The translations under genes were made by a program, and so were the position numbers. Shown here in pieces: positions 29,386-31,381 of a DNA stretch of 31,381 nucleotides; the first letter of the stretch is position 1, and each line of letters opens with the position of its first letter. This stretch comes from an uncultured delta proteobacterium (GTDB taxonomy: Bacteria > Desulfobacterota > Binatia > UBA9968). The DNA lies in assembly GCA_963847445.1 (NCBI GenBank), contig CAWJZV010000036.1, positions 1 to 31,381 of the forward strand. Direction: 5' to 3'. The notes beneath the pieces were generated by a model. The model ran no database searches. It was not told where the DNA came from and saw nothing but the letters and a program-made list of their open reading frames with translations.

Positions 29386-30457
29386 GATTTCAACTATCGG
29401 AGTTCTCTCATTCCTACTGCTCTCAGCCATCGCGCCGGCACTGCTCCCCGCGCAAAGCGAAGAAAAACTCCTCGACGAGATCAACCAGTTAACCGAAGCC
29501 GAGCGTCAAACAAGGCTGGTCAATGGCGCCAAGAAAGAAGGCGCGGTCAACTGGTATGTGGCGATGAATCGCGTCTTCGCCAACGATCTCGTCAATGGCT
29601 TTCAAGCCGAGTACCCGTTTCTCAAGGTCAACACCTTGACCGGCAGCGGCGGTTCGCTGCTCAATCGTGTGCTCACGGAAAGCCGCGCGCGCTCCCATCA
29701 ATTCGACGTTTTTAACACCCGCAGCATGACCGTCAACACGCTCAAAAAGGCCGGCGCCATCATGCGCTACAAGTCGCCCTATCGCAGCGGCCTGCGCGAC
29801 GGCTTCGCCGATAAGGAGGGCTATTTGAATGGCATTTTTGCCACGCCGTTGGTGTTCCTGTTCAATACTAAGATGATTTCCCGCAAAGAGGCGCCGAGCA
29901 CCATCGAAGATTTGCTCCATCCTAAGTGGGCCGGCAAGATGGCCCTCGACGACGAGTCCTACGACTGGTTGGCGGCATTGATCGACCATTACGGCGAAGC
30001 CAAAGGCTTGGAGCTGGCCACCCGGCTCGGCCAACAAAAGCTGCAAGTGCGGCGCGGCCCCTCGTTGATCACGCAACTGGTCGCCGCCGGCGAATTTTCC
30101 TTGCAGATCGACAGCCATCATCAGGAAGTCATCAGTAAGAAGAAGGCCGGCGCGCCCGTCGACTATATTTTCCCCCAACCTTTCGTGCCGGCGAAATCTT
30201 TAATACCGATCTACATGTCGGCCCGTCCGCCCCATCCCTACGCGGCGGCGCTACTCGCCGACTTTCTCATGTCGCGCAAAGGCCAGGAAATCATGCATGG
30301 CCATGGCCGCTGGGTCGGGCACAAGAATATCGCGACCAAAGGGCCGGACGATGTCGGCGAGCGCAAGGTCATGATCCCATCGGCGGAAAAATGGGGCGAC
30401 CGTTACAACGAACTGATCGGCTGGTACAACAAATTGCTATTGCGCCAAGGCGCCTAA
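29375..30457 (+). CDS. ABC extracellular solute-binding protein (iron/polyamine type)
   Basis: AGGAGG RBS; signal peptide; AKKEG-x-V, DLLHPKWAGK, PHPYAAALLADFLMSRKGQ. Confidence 0.9.
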   Translation: MGIRISTIGVLSFLLLSAIAPALLPAQSEEKLLDEINQLTEAERQTRLVNGAKKEGAVNWYVAMNRVFANDLVNGFQAEYPFLKVNTLTGSGGSLLNRVLTESRARSHQFDVFNTRSMTVNTLKKAGAIMRYKSPYRSGLRDGFADKEGYLNGIFATPLVFLFNTKMISRKEAPSTIEDLLHPKWAGKMALDDESYDWLAALIDHYGEAKGLELATRLGQQKLQVRRGPSLITQLVAAGEFSLQIDSHHQEVISKKKAGAPVDYIFPQPFVPAKSLIPIYMSARPPHPYAAALLADFLMSRKGQEIMHGHGRWVGHKNIATKGPDDVGERKVMIPSAEKWGDRYNELIGWYNKLLLRQGA

Positions 30458-30531
30458 GCAGCGTAAATAAGGAACAATCCCGCGGCACGGCGGGCGAATC
30501 CGGTCGGAGCAAATTGGCTTGACGTATTATT

Positions 30532-30610
30532 GTAGGGAGGTGGAGGCGCGGAGCGCCGATACCCACCGTCGGCAGAATGATCGGTATCGCTGCTGCTCAA
30601 CCCATCCTAC
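30532..30610. repeat. Degenerate GTAG-tagged REP doublet
   Basis: GTAGG...GATACCCA...GGTATCG...ACCCATCCTAC. Confidence 0.6.
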
Positions 30611-30683
30611 GCCGGAATCGCAGCGCGCCCGAGCTTCGAGAAGCAGATTGTGGTAAATAACTAAATCAATCCAGGAGGTCTTT

Positions 30684-31244
30684 ATGAAATTATTTACTTA
30701 CCGGCCTTGACCCTACGCCCACAGGACAAGGATTGTCCTGGCGGAAAAAAATCTCTCGTACGAGACCATCGAGTGCGATTTGAAAAATAAATCCAAGGAA
30801 CTGCTCGAGCGCAATCCCTACGGCAAAGTGCCGGTGCTCGAAGACGACGGCGCGGTGATCTACGAGTCGGCGGTCATCGACGAGTATCTCGACGAAAAAT
30901 ATCCGGCTGTTCGATTGATGCCCAGCGACCTAGCCGAGCGCGCCCGCGTGCGCATTTGGGTCGACTACTGCAACACCCGGCTCCAGCGCGCCGGCGGCAT
31001 TGTCGCCCACGACTACAAAGTCGAACAGTCCAAGGCCGAGATCGTTGAATACTTGAAGTTTCTCGAAGGCCACATGCGCGGGCGCGACTATATCGCCGGC
31101 GACTACTCGCTTGCCGATATCACCTTCATCCCGTTTTTCACCCGGCTGGAACGCTATCAAGCGGCCATCGGTGATGATCTGCCGAATGTCAAAGCGTGGG
31201 TGAAACGGTTGTTGGATCGTCCAGCGGTGCAGCCGACTCTATAG
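30684..31244 (+). CDS. Glutathione S-transferase (omega/Cys-type), predicted selenoprotein (Sec at TGA 30708-30710, 186 aa)
   Basis: AGGAGG RBS and ATG 30684; MKLFTYRP-U-PYAHRTRIVLAEK is in frame with NPYGKVPVL...ESAVIDEYLDE...YSLADI. Confidence 0.9.
30722..30740 (+). promoter_or_regulatory. Putative bacterial SECIS hairpin
   Basis: CAGGACAA-GGA-UUGUCCUG, starting 11 nt after the UGA. Confidence 0.75.
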
Positions 31245-31293
31245 GCTAGGCTCAGCGAGTCATGAGAGTGCCCTAAACAATATAGCGCCGACT

Positions 31294-31374
31294 CCGTCAC
31301 GCCGGTGGAAACCGGCATCCAGGCGGAGGGGTGTCTAGTCCGAAGTCGGATTCCGGCCTACGCCGGAATGACGG
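31294..31374. repeat. CGTC-tagged REP doublet
   Basis: CCGTCACGCCGGTGGAAACCGGCATCCAG...GGATTCCGGCCTACGCCGGAATGACGG. Confidence 0.85.
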
Positions 31375-31381
31375 AAACGCG

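Overview
GC-rich bacterial chromosomal window, rich in catabolic and transport genes. The gene content (many amidohydrolase_2 paralogs, orphan SsuA/NMT1 and TctC binding proteins, cupins, dense palindromic repeats) resembles uncultured soil deltaproteobacteria such as Ca. Binatia; this taxon is inferred, not shown. About a dozen genes carry single-base frameshifts, most likely long-read assembly errors. The main result is two probable selenoproteins that the ORF track splits or truncates. One is a UGSC-motif protein (15620-16171, minus strand, in-frame TGA giving GD-U-GSC) upstream of a DGLP-motif partner gene. The other is a glutathione S-transferase (30684-31244, plus strand) with TGA at the catalytic Cys position (U-P-Y-A). 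In both, a perfect 8-bp stem with a 3-nt loop begins exactly 11 nt after the UGA, which is SECIS-like geometry. Also present: two toxin-antitoxin pairs, an M6 metalloprotease with a duplicated N-terminal module, a Tat-exported triple Cys/His-repeat protein, a cytochrome c/Vgb-propeller fusion, tandem signal-peptide methyltransferases, a duplicated 120-bp structured element and several REP-like repeat families.
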